Below are positions 63,492 to 64,000 of a DNA stretch of 64,000 nucleotides, piece after piece. The position numbers were made by a program, and so were the translations under genes. Under the pieces are notes generated by a model. That model had not been told where the DNA came from. It saw only the letters and a list, made by a program, of their open reading frames with translations, and did not search any database. Each line of letters starts with the position of its first letter. Position 1 is the first letter of the stretch. The stretch is from an uncultured Desulfarculus sp. (GTDB lineage: Bacteria > Desulfobacterota > Desulfarculia > Desulfarculales > Desulfarculaceae), in the NCBI GenBank assembly GCA_963665125.2, contig CAXXUK010000001.1, forward strand, positions 1,664,001 through 1,728,000. The letters run 5' to 3'.

Positions 63492-63791
63492 ATGAAAACC
63501 ACCATTCCCTTGTCGCAGCTTTTACGGCCCGTGGAGCCCTCGGGCAGGCAAGCCGCGTCATCCAGGGTAAAGCCCAATTCGGAAAAAGCCGTCATTGCCC
63601 AGGATGCCGGGGCCTGCGACACCAGCGGGCTGCGCAGACTGGACCCAAGCCAGATCAGAAACAGTGTCAGCAGAGGAGAGGCCGAGGCCCGGCTGCTGTT
63701 CGCCAAGGCCCAAATGCCCCAAAGGCCTCTATCCTCTTTATTGGCCCAGGCCAATATTGACCAGGCTGTGGCCACCCGCCTTTTGGATTAA
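63492..63791 (+). CDS. Small protein ending in a flagellin C-terminal-like motif
   Basis: AGGA RBS; ends SLLAQANIDQAVATRLLD. Confidence 0.55.
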   Translation: MKTTIPLSQLLRPVEPSGRQAASSRVKPNSEKAVIAQDAGACDTSGLRRLDPSQIRNSVSRGEAEARLLFAKAQMPQRPLSSLLAQANIDQAVATRLLD

Positions 63792-63832
63792 CGGATCGTT
63801 GACCAAGGCCGACAGCCGGCGGGAGCATTCAT

Positions 63833-64000
63833 ATGGCGTATGAAAACCCCTACAACGGCTTTCTGAAGCGCATAACCGACAATAACGGTTTGCTCGACAA
63901 GCTCAGACAGCGTACATCCGACGGCGAAAAAATCAAACCTGAACAACTAAAAGACGCCTACGGGTTCGCGCACTCTACAGTGACCGAACTGGCGTCTTTT
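63833..64000 (+). CDS. Hypothetical protein, 3'-truncated by window edge
   Basis: GGAG RBS, ATG 63833, open to window end (MAYENPYNGFLKRITDNNGLLDKLRQ...). Confidence 0.55.
   Translation, partial: MAYENPYNGFLKRITDNNGLLDKLRQRTSDGEKIKPEQLKDAYGFAHSTVTELASF

Overview
GC-rich bacterial window. Gene content (HdrB/HdrC-like proteins, CooC, ADP-forming acyl-CoA ligase, sigma54 promoter) suggests an anaerobic Desulfobacterota (deltaproteobacterial) host; this is inference, not a search result. The right end holds conserved core genes (tig-clpP-clpX-lon, tRNA-Val, tRNA-Asp). Left of tRNA-Asp are two decayed copies of its 3' half (44223 and 42900). They delimit tandem, integrase-less islets: an AT-rich two-component system with an acyl-CoA synthetase and permease, an orphan cooC, and probably the macAB region. 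A ~215-bp repeat next to two att copies shows a protein-coding substitution pattern, suggesting the stub of a lost recombinase that read into the tRNA. The left 42 kb is accessory: (1) a caspase-like protease beside small exported proteins with a sigma54 promoter and repeated palindromes; (2) a membrane cytochrome b/c-HdrC fusion with two in-frame stops plus a frameshifted hdrB; (3) a phasin-like gene and phaR with a PhaR box; (4) an orphan endolysin-holin pair; (5) a cnrYXH-CBA-like ECF/RND operon with a non-metal-type RND; (6) several catabolic hydrolases with regulators. No CRISPR array, rRNA or intact integrase/transposase was seen. All calls come from reading motifs by eye.
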